Assembly: GCA_002791275.1 (NCBI GenBank)
Contig: PFWT01000009.1
Span: 72,797-136,796, forward strand
DNA: 64,000 nucleotides
Source: Candidatus Uhrbacteria bacterium CG_4_9_14_3_um_filter_41_35
GTDB taxonomy: Bacteria; Patescibacteriota; Patescibacteriia; UBA9934
Reading direction: 5' to 3'
Shown here piece after piece: positions 29,921 through 38,686 of the stretch (within the stretch, counting starts at the first letter, position 1; the number at the start of each line of letters is the position of its first letter). The position numbers were made by a program, and so were the translations under genes. A model generated the notes under the pieces. The model ran no database searches, was not told the DNA's origin, and was given only the letters and a program-made list of their open reading frames with translations.

Positions 29921-31114
29921 TTATTTCAAACCCGGTACATAGTTTCGCGGATCAACTGGAATACCGTTAAGTCTAACCTCAAAGTGAAGGTGTGGCCCGG
30001 TTGAGAAACCAGTTGAACCCACATAACCGATAATATCCCCTCTTGCCACGAACTGATCTTGCTTTACATTAAAGGCAGACATGTGCGCATATAAGGTGGA
30101 AAAACCACCCTCGTGAATTATGATCACATAATTACCATAATCCCGACCTCTCTTGGTCCAGGCTACCACTCCAGGCGCAGACGCTCGAATAGGCGTACCT
30201 GTCGGGGCTGCTAAGTCATGACCTGAGTGTTCGAAGAGATTTCTAAACGGATAGGTTGGATCGTGGAATATTGCGGTTGTAACCGCACTCGGCACCGGAT
30301 CTATGAACACTCCAGGATCGCCAAGATCGGCTGAATTATCTGAATTTCTAATCTTTGCCTCAATTTCCGCCTGCAGTTTTGAAATCTGTGTTGTAATATA
30401 TTGTTGCTCCTGGCGCAATTCACTCATCATTATCCTGTACTCTGCCTCACTGGATTGCGTTTCCGCAATCAGTGTATTCTTTGCCTCTTCATTAGCAGTG
30501 AGTGTGTTAATTTTTTGTTTAAGATCAGCCTCGAGTGAGACTAGACCATCTAAACGTTCCTGCCGGCCAGCCTTATTAGTTTCAAGCCCATCTTTTGCAG
30601 CTTTAGAGGTAGTTAGAGCCTTATTCAAACCCTTGTTCACACTTTCCAGGTTTTCAATTTCAGTAAACATCTGATTGAAATCCTGTGAGCTAAACAGCAC
30701 CTGCACCAAACCAATTTTATCACTCTTGTGTAGCTCGAACAACATTTCTTCAAGCATCGCTTTTTGGTTTTCAATGGTGGCTGTTTCTTCAGTAATTTGT
30801 TTGTCTATTTCTTCGATTTCTAGCTGTTGTTTTTTGATATTCGCTCGAGTTGCCTCAATGTCTAACTTAGCCAGCGCTGTTTGGTTTTCAATGAGTTCGA
30901 TGTCGTTTCGAAGATTAGCAGATTTAGAAGAAAGTTCCTGAATCTTCTTTTTGTATGTATCCATCTTTGAATTAATACTGTCTATCTCGGATTTTTTGTT
31001 TGAGATCTCACTATTTAAACTATCGACCTCAGCATTTTGAGCAAAAACTAAATGCCCGCCACTCATTGTGGTAGAGATAATAATAAGTAAGATGATGTAC
31101 AGTATTTTCCGCAT
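29921..31114 (-). CDS. secreted coiled-coil M23 (LytM-type) metallopeptidase, EnvC-like architecture
   Basis: 397 aa with a signal peptide, about 250 aa of coiled coil, and a C-terminal M23 domain that keeps HSGHDLAAPTGT and HLHFEV, the catalytic Zn ligands. Confidence 0.85.
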   Translation of the reverse strand: MRKILYIILLIIISTTMSGGHLVFAQNAEVDSLNSEISNKKSEIDSINSKMDTYKKKIQELSSKSANLRNDIELIENQTALAKLDIEATRANIKKQQLEIEEIDKQITEETATIENQKAMLEEMLFELHKSDKIGLVQVLFSSQDFNQMFTEIENLESVNKGLNKALTTSKAAKDGLETNKAGRQERLDGLVSLEADLKQKINTLTANEEAKNTLIAETQSSEAEYRIMMSELRQEQQYITTQISKLQAEIEAKIRNSDNSADLGDPGVFIDPVPSAVTTAIFHDPTYPFRNLFEHSGHDLAAPTGTPIRASAPGVVAWTKRGRDYGNYVIIIHEGGFSTLYAHMSAFNVKQDQFVARGDIIGYVGSTGFSTGPHLHFEVRLNGIPVDPRNYVPGLK

Positions 31115-31121
31115 GAGTTTA

Positions 31122-32582
31122 TTATAACAAACTAATTCCTTTTTCGATACGGTTCAGAGACTGAGTTTTACCAAGTGCCCAAATCAATTCAAAGGGACTT
31201 GAGGACTTTTCTCGTCCTGAAAGCGCTGTACGGAGTGGCCAGAGTACATTTCCATTACTTAGTCCGTTTGCTTCAATATAATTTTTAATCAGCGTCTCAA
31301 TTTGCTCAATACTTGAGAGCGCATCATCTTCTACACCTTGTAGTAATTTAAGCATCCCTTCAAGTTGAGCTTTAGCATCTCCCGCATCCGCCTTTTTCCA
31401 AATTAAAATTGCTCCATCATAAGCCGGTTCCTCTAAATAATAACCAATTTTTTCCTGAAGTTCGTCGAGTCTACTAACACGTTCTCGTTCGATCATTATT
31501 GCGTTTAAAACAAGCTCATTATCTACGTTAGCCTGCACAAAAGGCCTTGCAACCTCTTTTAGTTCGTCTCTTGAAAGCGCTTTAAGGTAGTGATTATTCA
31601 TCCAATCAAGCTTTTCCATATTCAAAACCGCGCCCGATTTATTTACTTTTGATAAATCAAAAAGCTCTGTAAATTCTTCAATCTCATATAACTCCTGATC
31701 TCCTTTTGGATTGAACCCTAAGAGCGACACAAAGTTAATAAGGGCTTTTGGTAAATAACCCCGTTTTAGATAATCCTCAACTGCAACGTCACCCTGACGC
31801 TTTGAGAGCTTTGATTTATCTGGATTTAGAAGCAGTGGCAAGTGAGCAAAAACCGGTGCTTCCCAGCCGAACATTTTATAGAGAAGTACGTGTTTTGGCG
31901 TTGAAGAAATCCATTCTTCACCCCGTAAAATGTGGGTAATTTTCATCAGATGGTCATCAACAACCACAGCTAAATGGTAGGTTGGAAAACCATCTGCTTT
32001 TAATATAACCTGATCGTCTACTTCAGAGTTGTTAATCTTTATAAGTCCTCTTACCGCATCCTCAAATATAGTCTCCCCTTCTGGAATTTTTAATCTAACC
32101 ACACTATTTTCACCAGTGCTTAGTTTTGCTTGAACCTCATTCTCTGAAAGCCTTAAGCAAGTTCGATCATACTTTGGTGATTGTTTTGTTGCCTGTTGCT
32201 CCTCACGCATTGTTGTTAAACGTTCCTTTGAACAAAAACAATGATACGCATTACCCTGTGAAATGAGCTGGTTCACGTAGTCTGCATAAATATGCAGGCG
32301 AGCAGATTGCGTGTAAGGACCGTACTCACCAATTTCCTCGATGACACCATCTTTATCAATCACTGGACCTTCATCGTGCTCGAGTCCTAGAAACTTCATA
32401 GTTTCGAGGAGGTTTTCAACCGAGCCTTCAACCAATCTTTCCCGATCCGTGTCTTCGATTCTGATGATATATTTTCCACCGGTTTGCTTAGCTAAAAAAT
32501 AATTATAGAGCGCTGTTCGAAGCGTTCCAATATGAACATAACCGGTTGGTGATGGTGCTATTCTAGTTCGTGCTGGTGTCAT
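31122..32582 (-). CDS. gltX: glutamyl-tRNA synthetase
   Basis: 486 aa with class I HIGH (HIGTLRTA) and KMSKS-like KLSKR motifs, and GluRS-typical domains. Confidence 0.95.
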   Translation of the reverse strand: MTPARTRIAPSPTGYVHIGTLRTALYNYFLAKQTGGKYIIRIEDTDRERLVEGSVENLLETMKFLGLEHDEGPVIDKDGVIEEIGEYGPYTQSARLHIYADYVNQLISQGNAYHCFCSKERLTTMREEQQATKQSPKYDRTCLRLSENEVQAKLSTGENSVVRLKIPEGETIFEDAVRGLIKINNSEVDDQVILKADGFPTYHLAVVVDDHLMKITHILRGEEWISSTPKHVLLYKMFGWEAPVFAHLPLLLNPDKSKLSKRQGDVAVEDYLKRGYLPKALINFVSLLGFNPKGDQELYEIEEFTELFDLSKVNKSGAVLNMEKLDWMNNHYLKALSRDELKEVARPFVQANVDNELVLNAIMIERERVSRLDELQEKIGYYLEEPAYDGAILIWKKADAGDAKAQLEGMLKLLQGVEDDALSSIEQIETLIKNYIEANGLSNGNVLWPLRTALSGREKSSSPFELIWALGKTQSLNRIEKGISLL

Positions 32583-32605
32583 AAAGTTTTTAGTTTTTAA
32601 ATATT

Positions 32606-33325
32606 TTATTTACCTCTAAGCTGATTATAAATCTCTGGAAATACATTTCTTACAGCTCGTAAAAGTCGTCCTTGCCTGACCGTATCATAGAGCACATAGG
32701 CTGGGAAAATTACACTAGCGCGCCAGATTCGGTTAAACCGTTTTGGTTCCAAGTAGACCCGCCAAGCCCACTCAAGCCCGGATTGACGCATCCAATCCGG
32801 AGCTCTTTTTAAACTGCCAGAAATCATTTCAAACGCCCCACCTACGCCAATTGCCACGCGAACACTCGGTAAGCTATACAGCTGGCCTACAATAAACTTT
32901 TCCTGTTTATGCATCCCAAGCGCCACCGCAAGAACAGCGGGTTTTTCAGTATTAATTTTTAAAATTAGATCAGGGTCGATAACAAGCTGGCCTTTTTCAT
33001 CCTTTTCTATAAAACCAGGGTCAACCCCTACTACATCAAGTTGCGAAAATTGCTGTCGAAGATTCGATGCCGCTGTTCTGGCGCTTTCAGAATCGCCACC
33101 AAGCAACATTAATTTTTTGCCCAAATCCTCACAAATACCAGCCAAATTAACCAGTGTATCTGTGCCCGTGTGCCGAAAGCTGAGTCGATCGTCGGTCAGG
33201 GCTGCCACCGCAAAACGCAAACCAGTGCCGTCTGGAATTGAGAGATGGCTCTCATTGATAAGCGCCTGAAAATTAGCATCTTTCCGAGCCCGCAACATAA
33301 ATTCTGGGTTTGGCGTAACCACCAT
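32606..33325 (-). CDS. WecB/TagA/CpsF-family glycosyltransferase (GT26)
   Basis: 239 aa from the first ATG. The C-terminal EWAWRVYLEPKRFNRIWR and central DGTGL and LLGG motifs match the TagA/WecG family. Homology appears to continue about 41 codons upstream of the ATG (see findings). Confidence 0.8.
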   Translation of the reverse strand: MVVTPNPEFMLRARKDANFQALINESHLSIPDGTGLRFAVAALTDDRLSFRHTGTDTLVNLAGICEDLGKKLMLLGGDSESARTAASNLRQQFSQLDVVGVDPGFIEKDEKGQLVIDPDLILKINTEKPAVLAVALGMHKQEKFIVGQLYSLPSVRVAIGVGGAFEMISGSLKRAPDWMRQSGLEWAWRVYLEPKRFNRIWRASVIFPAYVLYDTVRQGRLLRAVRNVFPEIYNQLRGK

Positions 33326-33448
33326 TTTTTGATGATGACCAACTACCCAACCTCGAAGTAACGCATCAAGTTGTGATGCGCTCAGGTGGTCGATTGTTGT
33401 GTCGAAGATTTGAAAAGTAATATGCTTGTTTAAAATTTGAATACAGGG

Positions 33449-33874
33449 TTAGCGTTTGCGGTGAAAAACTATTACCGAACCGAGTGCTCCAAGTAATCCG
33501 TTTAACATATCGAACATCGTGTCTGCCAAGCTAGTTTGCGTAAAATTCCGGTAAATAATCTGCTCAGCAGTAGCAAACCAGTTATCGAGGATAAATTCGT
33601 GCACCTCCCAAAGAATTGCAATAATTGCCACAAAGCCAGTTACAAAGAGTGGTACAAACCAAAAGGCTAAATGCTTCTCAAATCGGCCTTTGAACTCAAT
33701 GTCCTTTATTCCCTGATTATAGATGGCGAGCGCTAGCATACCCATCGCAAATCCACCCATTATGTGTACCGGGATATCGAACCAGTTGAATCTACTGTAG
33801 AAACCAAATATTACTCCCAGCCAATTAATCGCGTAAACCCCAATTGTGGTAAATATAGCTTTTGTAAACGTCAT
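33449..33874 (-). CDS. hypothetical polytopic membrane protein
   Basis: 141 aa with 4 predicted TM helices. Its stop is in frame with the downstream GT26 gene. Confidence 0.4.
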   Translation of the reverse strand: MTFTKAIFTTIGVYAINWLGVIFGFYSRFNWFDIPVHIMGGFAMGMLALAIYNQGIKDIEFKGRFEKHLAFWFVPLFVTGFVAIIAILWEVHEFILDNWFATAEQIIYRNFTQTSLADTMFDMLNGLLGALGSVIVFHRKR

Positions 33875-33918
33875 ATTTTAGTCTATTCTAGCAGAAATAC
33901 GGATATCCTTCAAATAGC

Positions 33919-33948
33919 TTGACAGCAGATAAATTAGCAGTCTATAAT
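33919..33948 (+). promoter_or_regulatory. consensus sigma70 promoter of clpB (TTGACA-18-TATAAT)
   Basis: A perfect -35 lies at 33919-33924 and a perfect -10 at 33943-33948, ending 20 nt before the ATG at 33969. Confidence 0.55.
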
Positions 33949-33968
33949 GCAGAGTGCTAGATATACAT

Positions 33969-36614
33969 ATGATGCCAAACAATTTTACAACAAAATCACA
34001 AGAAGCTATTCAGTTAGCCCAAATAATCGCTAACGATCACGGTCAGCAAGGAATTGACCCAATTCACCTACTTCGGGCTATTTTAGAGCAAAATGACAGT
34101 ATCGTGATTACAATTCTACAAAAACTAGATGTTAACCTACTGCAACTAAAGTCAGAAGTTGGCACCATTTTGGAAACACTGCCAAAAACTTTTCAACAGG
34201 ACCAAGGAAACTTTGGTCAGGTTTTACTGTCTCAAACCCTAGGCAAAGTTTTGGCTTCTGCCTCTGATGCCTCTAAAAAATTTGGCGATGAGTACATTTC
34301 AACCGAACACCTTCTTTTAGGTTTACTTACCGATGGACCGATTAGTAAACTTGTAGCCAAACACGATATTGATGTTGGCTCTGTAATGGATGTTTTAGAT
34401 GAAGTTCGTGGCGACGAACGAGTAGATACCCAAAATCCGGAGGCAAAAATGCAGGCTCTTGAAAAATATAGTGTTAATTTAACCGAGCGAGCGCGCAACG
34501 GTAAGCTTGATCCAATCATTGGTCGGGATCAAGAAATTCGCAGGGTTATGCAGGTCTTGGTTCGAAGAACAAAAAATAATCCAGTTCTTGTTGGTGAAGC
34601 CGGTGTAGGAAAAACAGCTATTGCCGAAGGTTTGGCTTTGCGGATTGCAACTGGCGACGTGCCGGAAATTCTTAAAAATCGTGAAATTGCTACGCTTGAT
34701 TTAGGAGCCCTGATTGCCGGAACTAAATTTCGAGGTGAGTTTGAAGAGAGGCTAAAAGCGGTGATTAAAGAAGTTGAAAAATCTGATGGTCGAATAATTT
34801 TGTTCATTGACGAACTCCACACCCTAGTTGGAGCTGGAAAAAGTGACGACTCACCAATGGATGCGTCAAACCTTCTAAAGCCTGCTCTTGCTCGAGGTGA
34901 ACTTCGCGTTATTGGTGCAACCACTTTGCGAGAGTACCAAAAACACATTGAAAAGGATGCAGCTTTTGAAAGACGTTTTCAGCCAGTTACAGTTGAGGAA
35001 CCCTCAGTTGTAGATACCGTGGCAATTTTGCGTGGGATTAAAGAAAAATATGAAATCCACCACGGCGTTCGAATTTCAGACCCGGCCATTGTAGCCGCAA
35101 CTCAGCTTTCACATCGTTATATTACTGATCGATCACTGCCCGACAAAGCAATTGATTTAATGGACGAAGCAGCGGCAGCTCTTCGAATGCAGATTGATTC
35201 AATGCCTGAGGAACTAGACCAATTAAAGCGTGAGGAAATGCGTCTAGAAATTGAAAAGCGTTCACTTCTTAAAGAAGAAAGTAAAGATTCTAAATCAAGA
35301 CTTCGGGAAATTAAAAAACAAATCGCCGACTCAAAAGAAAAATCCGATGAAATAGAAATGCGCTGGAAGAATGAAAAAGAACTTATTGCAAAATGCACAA
35401 CGCTTCGCGACAGTATCGATAAACTAACAAATGAATCTGATATTGAAGAACGTAAGGGTGACCTTCAAAAAGTTGCCGAACTTAGGTACGACGCAATACC
35501 TAAAAAACGCACTGAACTTAAAACCGCTGAAGAACAGCTAAAGAAATGGCAGGCTAAGCGCGGTTTATTAAACGAAGTCATCACTGAAGAAGAAATCGCC
35601 ACGGTTGTTTCAAGATGGACTCATATTCCTGTATCAAAAATGCTCGAAAGTGAGATGAAGAAATTGGCGCATATGGATAGCAAGTTGAAGGCTCGAGTTG
35701 TTGGCCAGGAGGAAGCAATTACGGCCATTAGCAACGCTTTACGGCGCTCTCGAGCTGGAATTAGCGAAGAAAAGAAGCCGATTGGATCCTTTATCTTCCT
35801 TGGTCCGACAGGAGTTGGTAAAACAGAACTTGCTAAAGCCTTGGCTGAGTTTATGTTCAACGACGAAGAGGCTTTAGTTCGTGTTGATATGTCGGAGTAT
35901 ATGGAGAAACACTCAATCTCGAAAATGATTGGTTCACCACCGGGCTATGTTGGTCATGACGAAGCCGGCCAACTGACCGAAACAATAAGGCGTCGCCCCT
36001 ACTCTGTTGTGCTCTTTGATGAGATTGAAAAAGCCCACCCGGACGTGTTCAACATCCTTTTGCAGATTTTGGACGACGGTCATATTACCGACTCAAAAGG
36101 TCGGAAGATCAACTTCAAAAATACAGTCATTATTATGACCTCAAACCTTGGTTCGGACATTATTTTAAATTCAAGCACCATTGGTGATATTGGATTTGCC
36201 GGTGAAGAAAAACAAAATGTAGATGGTACAAAAAATAAGGTACTCGAGCTTCTCAAAAACCGCTTCCGACCTGAGTTCCTAAACCGCATCGATGAAGCAA
36301 TCTTCTTCCACGCCCTAACAAGGGAAAATATTGCAGACATTGTTGGTTTGCAAATTAATCTCGTAGCTAAGCGTTTACAGACTCAGAAACGGATTGATCT
36401 TAAGGTGTCAGAGCGTGCCCGCAAGTTACTCGCTGACAAAGGCTTTGATCCAAAATATGGCGCACGGCCACTCAAACGGTTGATTCAAAATCTAATTCTA
36501 AACCCACTAGCTATGCAAATAGTTTCTGGTGAAATTGGCGAGGAATCAAAAGTCACCATCGACGCTATTCAAGATGAAATTCAAATAAAAACCCGCGGAA
36601 CTGTAACTGCATAA
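33969..36614 (+). CDS. clpB: ClpB disaggregase (Hsp100 AAA+ chaperone)
   Basis: The ATG at 33969 is preferred; the track starts at a GTG at 33954. It has an N domain, two AAA+ modules (GEAGVGKT and GPTGVGKT Walker A), and a long coiled-coil M-domain between them. Confidence 0.95.
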   Translation: MMPNNFTTKSQEAIQLAQIIANDHGQQGIDPIHLLRAILEQNDSIVITILQKLDVNLLQLKSEVGTILETLPKTFQQDQGNFGQVLLSQTLGKVLASASDASKKFGDEYISTEHLLLGLLTDGPISKLVAKHDIDVGSVMDVLDEVRGDERVDTQNPEAKMQALEKYSVNLTERARNGKLDPIIGRDQEIRRVMQVLVRRTKNNPVLVGEAGVGKTAIAEGLALRIATGDVPEILKNREIATLDLGALIAGTKFRGEFEERLKAVIKEVEKSDGRIILFIDELHTLVGAGKSDDSPMDASNLLKPALARGELRVIGATTLREYQKHIEKDAAFERRFQPVTVEEPSVVDTVAILRGIKEKYEIHHGVRISDPAIVAATQLSHRYITDRSLPDKAIDLMDEAAAALRMQIDSMPEELDQLKREEMRLEIEKRSLLKEESKDSKSRLREIKKQIADSKEKSDEIEMRWKNEKELIAKCTTLRDSIDKLTNESDIEERKGDLQKVAELRYDAIPKKRTELKTAEEQLKKWQAKRGLLNEVITEEEIATVVSRWTHIPVSKMLESEMKKLAHMDSKLKARVVGQEEAITAISNALRRSRAGISEEKKPIGSFIFLGPTGVGKTELAKALAEFMFNDEEALVRVDMSEYMEKHSISKMIGSPPGYVGHDEAGQLTETIRRRPYSVVLFDEIEKAHPDVFNILLQILDDGHITDSKGRKINFKNTVIIMTSNLGSDIILNSSTIGDIGFAGEEKQNVDGTKNKVLELLKNRFRPEFLNRIDEAIFFHALTRENIADIVGLQINLVAKRLQTQKRIDLKVSERARKLLADKGFDPKYGARPLKRLIQNLILNPLAMQIVSGEIGEESKVTIDAIQDEIQIKTRGTVTA

Positions 36615-36616
36615 AC

Positions 36617-36644
36617 AAAGACCTGGCATTTTGCCAGGTCTTTT
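36617..36644. terminator. bidirectional intrinsic terminator after clpB
   Basis: The stem agacctggc pairs with gccaggtct across an atttt loop, followed by a T-run. It lies between convergent genes. Confidence 0.55.
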
Positions 36645-36673
36645 AGTTACAAAAAATACTTTAGAACTAACCG

Positions 36674-37408
36674 CTACGGAATTATAATGGCATTTTCTAT
36701 ATCTGATGCAGATGGCTTAAAGTTTATAGTTTTAATAACACTCCAAAGCTCTCCGGAACCCTGCTCAGCAACGGGCTTATAAATTCCGGTGTAATAGTCG
36801 TCATTAATCTGCCCAAAATACATCTGCCAGTGCGCAGAGCCAATAAAACCAGTTCTGCAGGTCGTTACAATTCCACCCAAACTTTCACCCTCGCATTCTT
36901 TCACCTCCGTCATATTTTCAGTTGATCCCAGTATCCAGTCGTCAAAACTAAGGGTGATATCTTCAAAATCCATTTTTACCGCCTGAACCCAAAGTGTAAT
37001 TGAGTCGCCTGGATTATTTGGTTCGTAAATTTCAACAATACTCACCGGCCCCGCGTCAATCTGATGCACTTCCCAGGCTACCGGTGCCTGAACCGTGAAT
37101 AGATCCTGAGAATTCTTCCACAAATTTTGACCCCCAGCTGTTCCATAACGACCAGCTGTAACTAGACCAGACCCGCCTTTTCCGTCCGGTACCTTATTTT
37201 CGTTATTCGTTAGTTGATTACTCTCATCATTTGCCACTTCCTCGCCTATATTGTGAGCTGTTAAAAAGTAATAACTAGCGAAGAAAACAACAACTATCGC
37301 TACTAAATAATATAACTTATTTGACTTCTTTTCTGTCTTTATCGGTTCTTCCACCTTAGTAAATTCGTGCATTTCCATATATAACCCGCTAATAATAATT
37401 TTTGTCAA
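36674..37408 (-). CDS. hypothetical secreted/membrane-anchored protein
   Basis: 244 aa with one N-terminal TM helix and a Gly-rich linker. The C-terminal domain has 4 Cys. No family recognised. Confidence 0.4.
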   Translation of the reverse strand: MTKIIISGLYMEMHEFTKVEEPIKTEKKSNKLYYLVAIVVVFFASYYFLTAHNIGEEVANDESNQLTNNENKVPDGKGGSGLVTAGRYGTAGGQNLWKNSQDLFTVQAPVAWEVHQIDAGPVSIVEIYEPNNPGDSITLWVQAVKMDFEDITLSFDDWILGSTENMTEVKECEGESLGGIVTTCRTGFIGSAHWQMYFGQINDDYYTGIYKPVAEQGSGELWSVIKTINFKPSASDIENAIIIP

Positions 37409-37469
37409 AAAGTAATTGAACCTTTAAAACTACTCAAAGATTAACCGATTACGCTAGTCTTGACAACAA

Positions 37470-37757
37470 CTACTCGTTAGCTGCGTCCTTCTCGTTCTTT
37501 TTTGATAATTTTACAAACAGTGACGCCACTAAAACAACAAGAAAAGTCATCGAAACCGCATAAACTAACTGTGCTTTAATTCCATCGGTCTCAAGTGGCC
37601 AGATACTTTGAATGATTGCCTTAATTGCGTCGTTCCAAGCTAGACCAGCTACCAGTCCAAAGGCAGTCAGTAAATAACCCGTTACCTTTTCCCAAACTTT
37701 GCCCGCAAACTGCTCCGCCTCCACCTTGGCTTCGTTAATATGTTTTGAAATTACCAT
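37470..37757 (-). CDS. hypothetical small membrane protein
   Basis: 95 aa with two predicted helices. Confidence 0.4.
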   Translation of the reverse strand: MVISKHINEAKVEAEQFAGKVWEKVTGYLLTAFGLVAGLAWNDAIKAIIQSIWPLETDGIKAQLVYAVSMTFLVVLVASLFVKLSKKNEKDAANE

Positions 37758-37830
37758 AGTTTTACATACCCCTTTTCGGGCGAATAAGAATATTCAATTA
37801 GTAAAATCATCTTACGACATTTTACAGAAT

Positions 37831-37859
37831 TTGTAACGCTTTAATTTACAGGATAAAAT
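37831..37859 (+). promoter_or_regulatory. sigma70-like promoter (TTGTAA-17-TAAAAT) 6 nt upstream of the GIY-YIG gene ATG
   Basis: The -35 is at 37831-37836 and the -10 at 37854-37859, with the ATG at 37866. There is no SD, so the mRNA is predicted leaderless. Confidence 0.4.
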
Positions 37860-37865
37860 TGATAA

Positions 37866-38126
37866 ATGAAACACTTCGTTTATCTTGCCCGATGCAAAGA
37901 CAATTCCCTTTACACTGGGACCTGTGTTGATATTCAGGCCCGTGAGGATAAACACAACGCCGGAACAGGGGCAAAGTATACTCGAGCAAAGCGACCGGTG
38001 AAGATTATTTATTTTGAAGAGTTTAAAACACTGTCTGACGCACGAAAACGAGAGGCGGAGATAAAGAAATGGTCAAAGAGTAAGAAAGAGGAACTGATTT
38101 TAAAAATAAAAAAGCCCCGATCCTAA
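37866..38126 (+). CDS. GIY-YIG nuclease-superfamily protein (UPF0213/YhbQ-type)
   Basis: 86 aa with YLARCKDNSLYTGTCVDIQAREDKHN-GTGAKYTRAKRPVKIIYFEEF. This is the GIY-YIG motif pair with the conserved Arg and Glu. Confidence 0.85.
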   Translation: MKHFVYLARCKDNSLYTGTCVDIQAREDKHNAGTGAKYTRAKRPVKIIYFEEFKTLSDARKREAEIKKWSKSKKEELILKIKKPRS

Positions 38127-38158
38127 GATGCGGGGCTTTGCTCACTCGACAGAGTGAG

Positions 38159-38686
38159 CTAGTTGAGCCGGTCGTTCGACCAGCTAAGGACACATGATGA
38201 GGTGTCCGTTCTTGTGGTGACTTCGTAGTCTCCAAAACGTACTCCGGCCTCCCCCCATTCGGTGTTACCGCAGAACACCTCCTTTGAGGTGATGCCCTCG
38301 AAGATGAGCTGACCGCTCACCTCCACGTCCCCGTCGGGGGGGGCGTTCGGCATGGTGACGGCGTAAGTGCCGTCCCAGCCTGGGTAGACCACGACCGTCT
38401 GGCCGTGGTCTACCCATGATCCGTCCGTGTTTTGTCGCCCCCGGTAGCTGAAGCCGAGCTCCAACCACGTGGAGGTTGTGTCAGATGGCACAACCTCAAG
38501 GTGGTTACTGCCAGGGAGATCGAAATCTCCCTGGCAGTACTCCGTGCCCCAGGGGGCGGAGGTGTTGCAACCTCCGAACCCGCCGGTGGGGGACGTTCCC
38601 GGGCCGCCGTAGCCCGGGTTGTAGCCAACGTCGCAACCCGTGAGGGCTGCGACGAAAAACACGACAGAAAACAGAAACCTGGTCAT
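38159..38686 (-). CDS. high-GC lipoprotein of unknown function (probable horizontally acquired gene)
   Basis: 175 aa. It has a signal peptide with lipobox-like ALTGC, a Gly/Pro-rich linker and 4 further Cys. The gene and about 30 nt of each flank are over 60% GC in a 40% GC background. Many overlapping stop-free frames here are GC artefacts. Confidence 0.65.
   Translation of the reverse strand: MTRFLFSVVFFVAALTGCDVGYNPGYGGPGTSPTGGFGGCNTSAPWGTEYCQGDFDLPGSNHLEVVPSDTTSTWLELGFSYRGRQNTDGSWVDHGQTVVVYPGWDGTYAVTMPNAPPDGDVEVSGQLIFEGITSKEVFCGNTEWGEAGVRFGDYEVTTRTDTSSCVLSWSNDRLN

Noticed and set aside
30303-30941. Two plus-strand ORFs (30303..30674, 30675..30941) with Ser/Cys-rich translations
   Set aside because: They are antisense to the coiled-coil region of the M23 peptidase gene. 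Repetitive GAA/AAG-rich coding sequence yields stop-free antisense frames.
34232-36340. Five minus-strand ORFs inside clpB (34232..34519, 34529..34948, 35117..35398, 35621..35860, 36080..36340), plus 31748..31939 in gltX
   Set aside because: clpB and gltX assignments are unambiguous, with double Walker A and HIGH/KMSKS motifs. The antisense frames are Ser/Arg-rich artefacts.
37866-38126. GIY-YIG gene as a homing endonuclease or mobile element
   Set aside because: At 86 aa it is the stand-alone UPF0213/YhbQ-type GIY-YIG domain, without the DNA-binding extensions of homing endonucleases. No intron, intein or flanking repeats were seen. It is listed as a CDS only.
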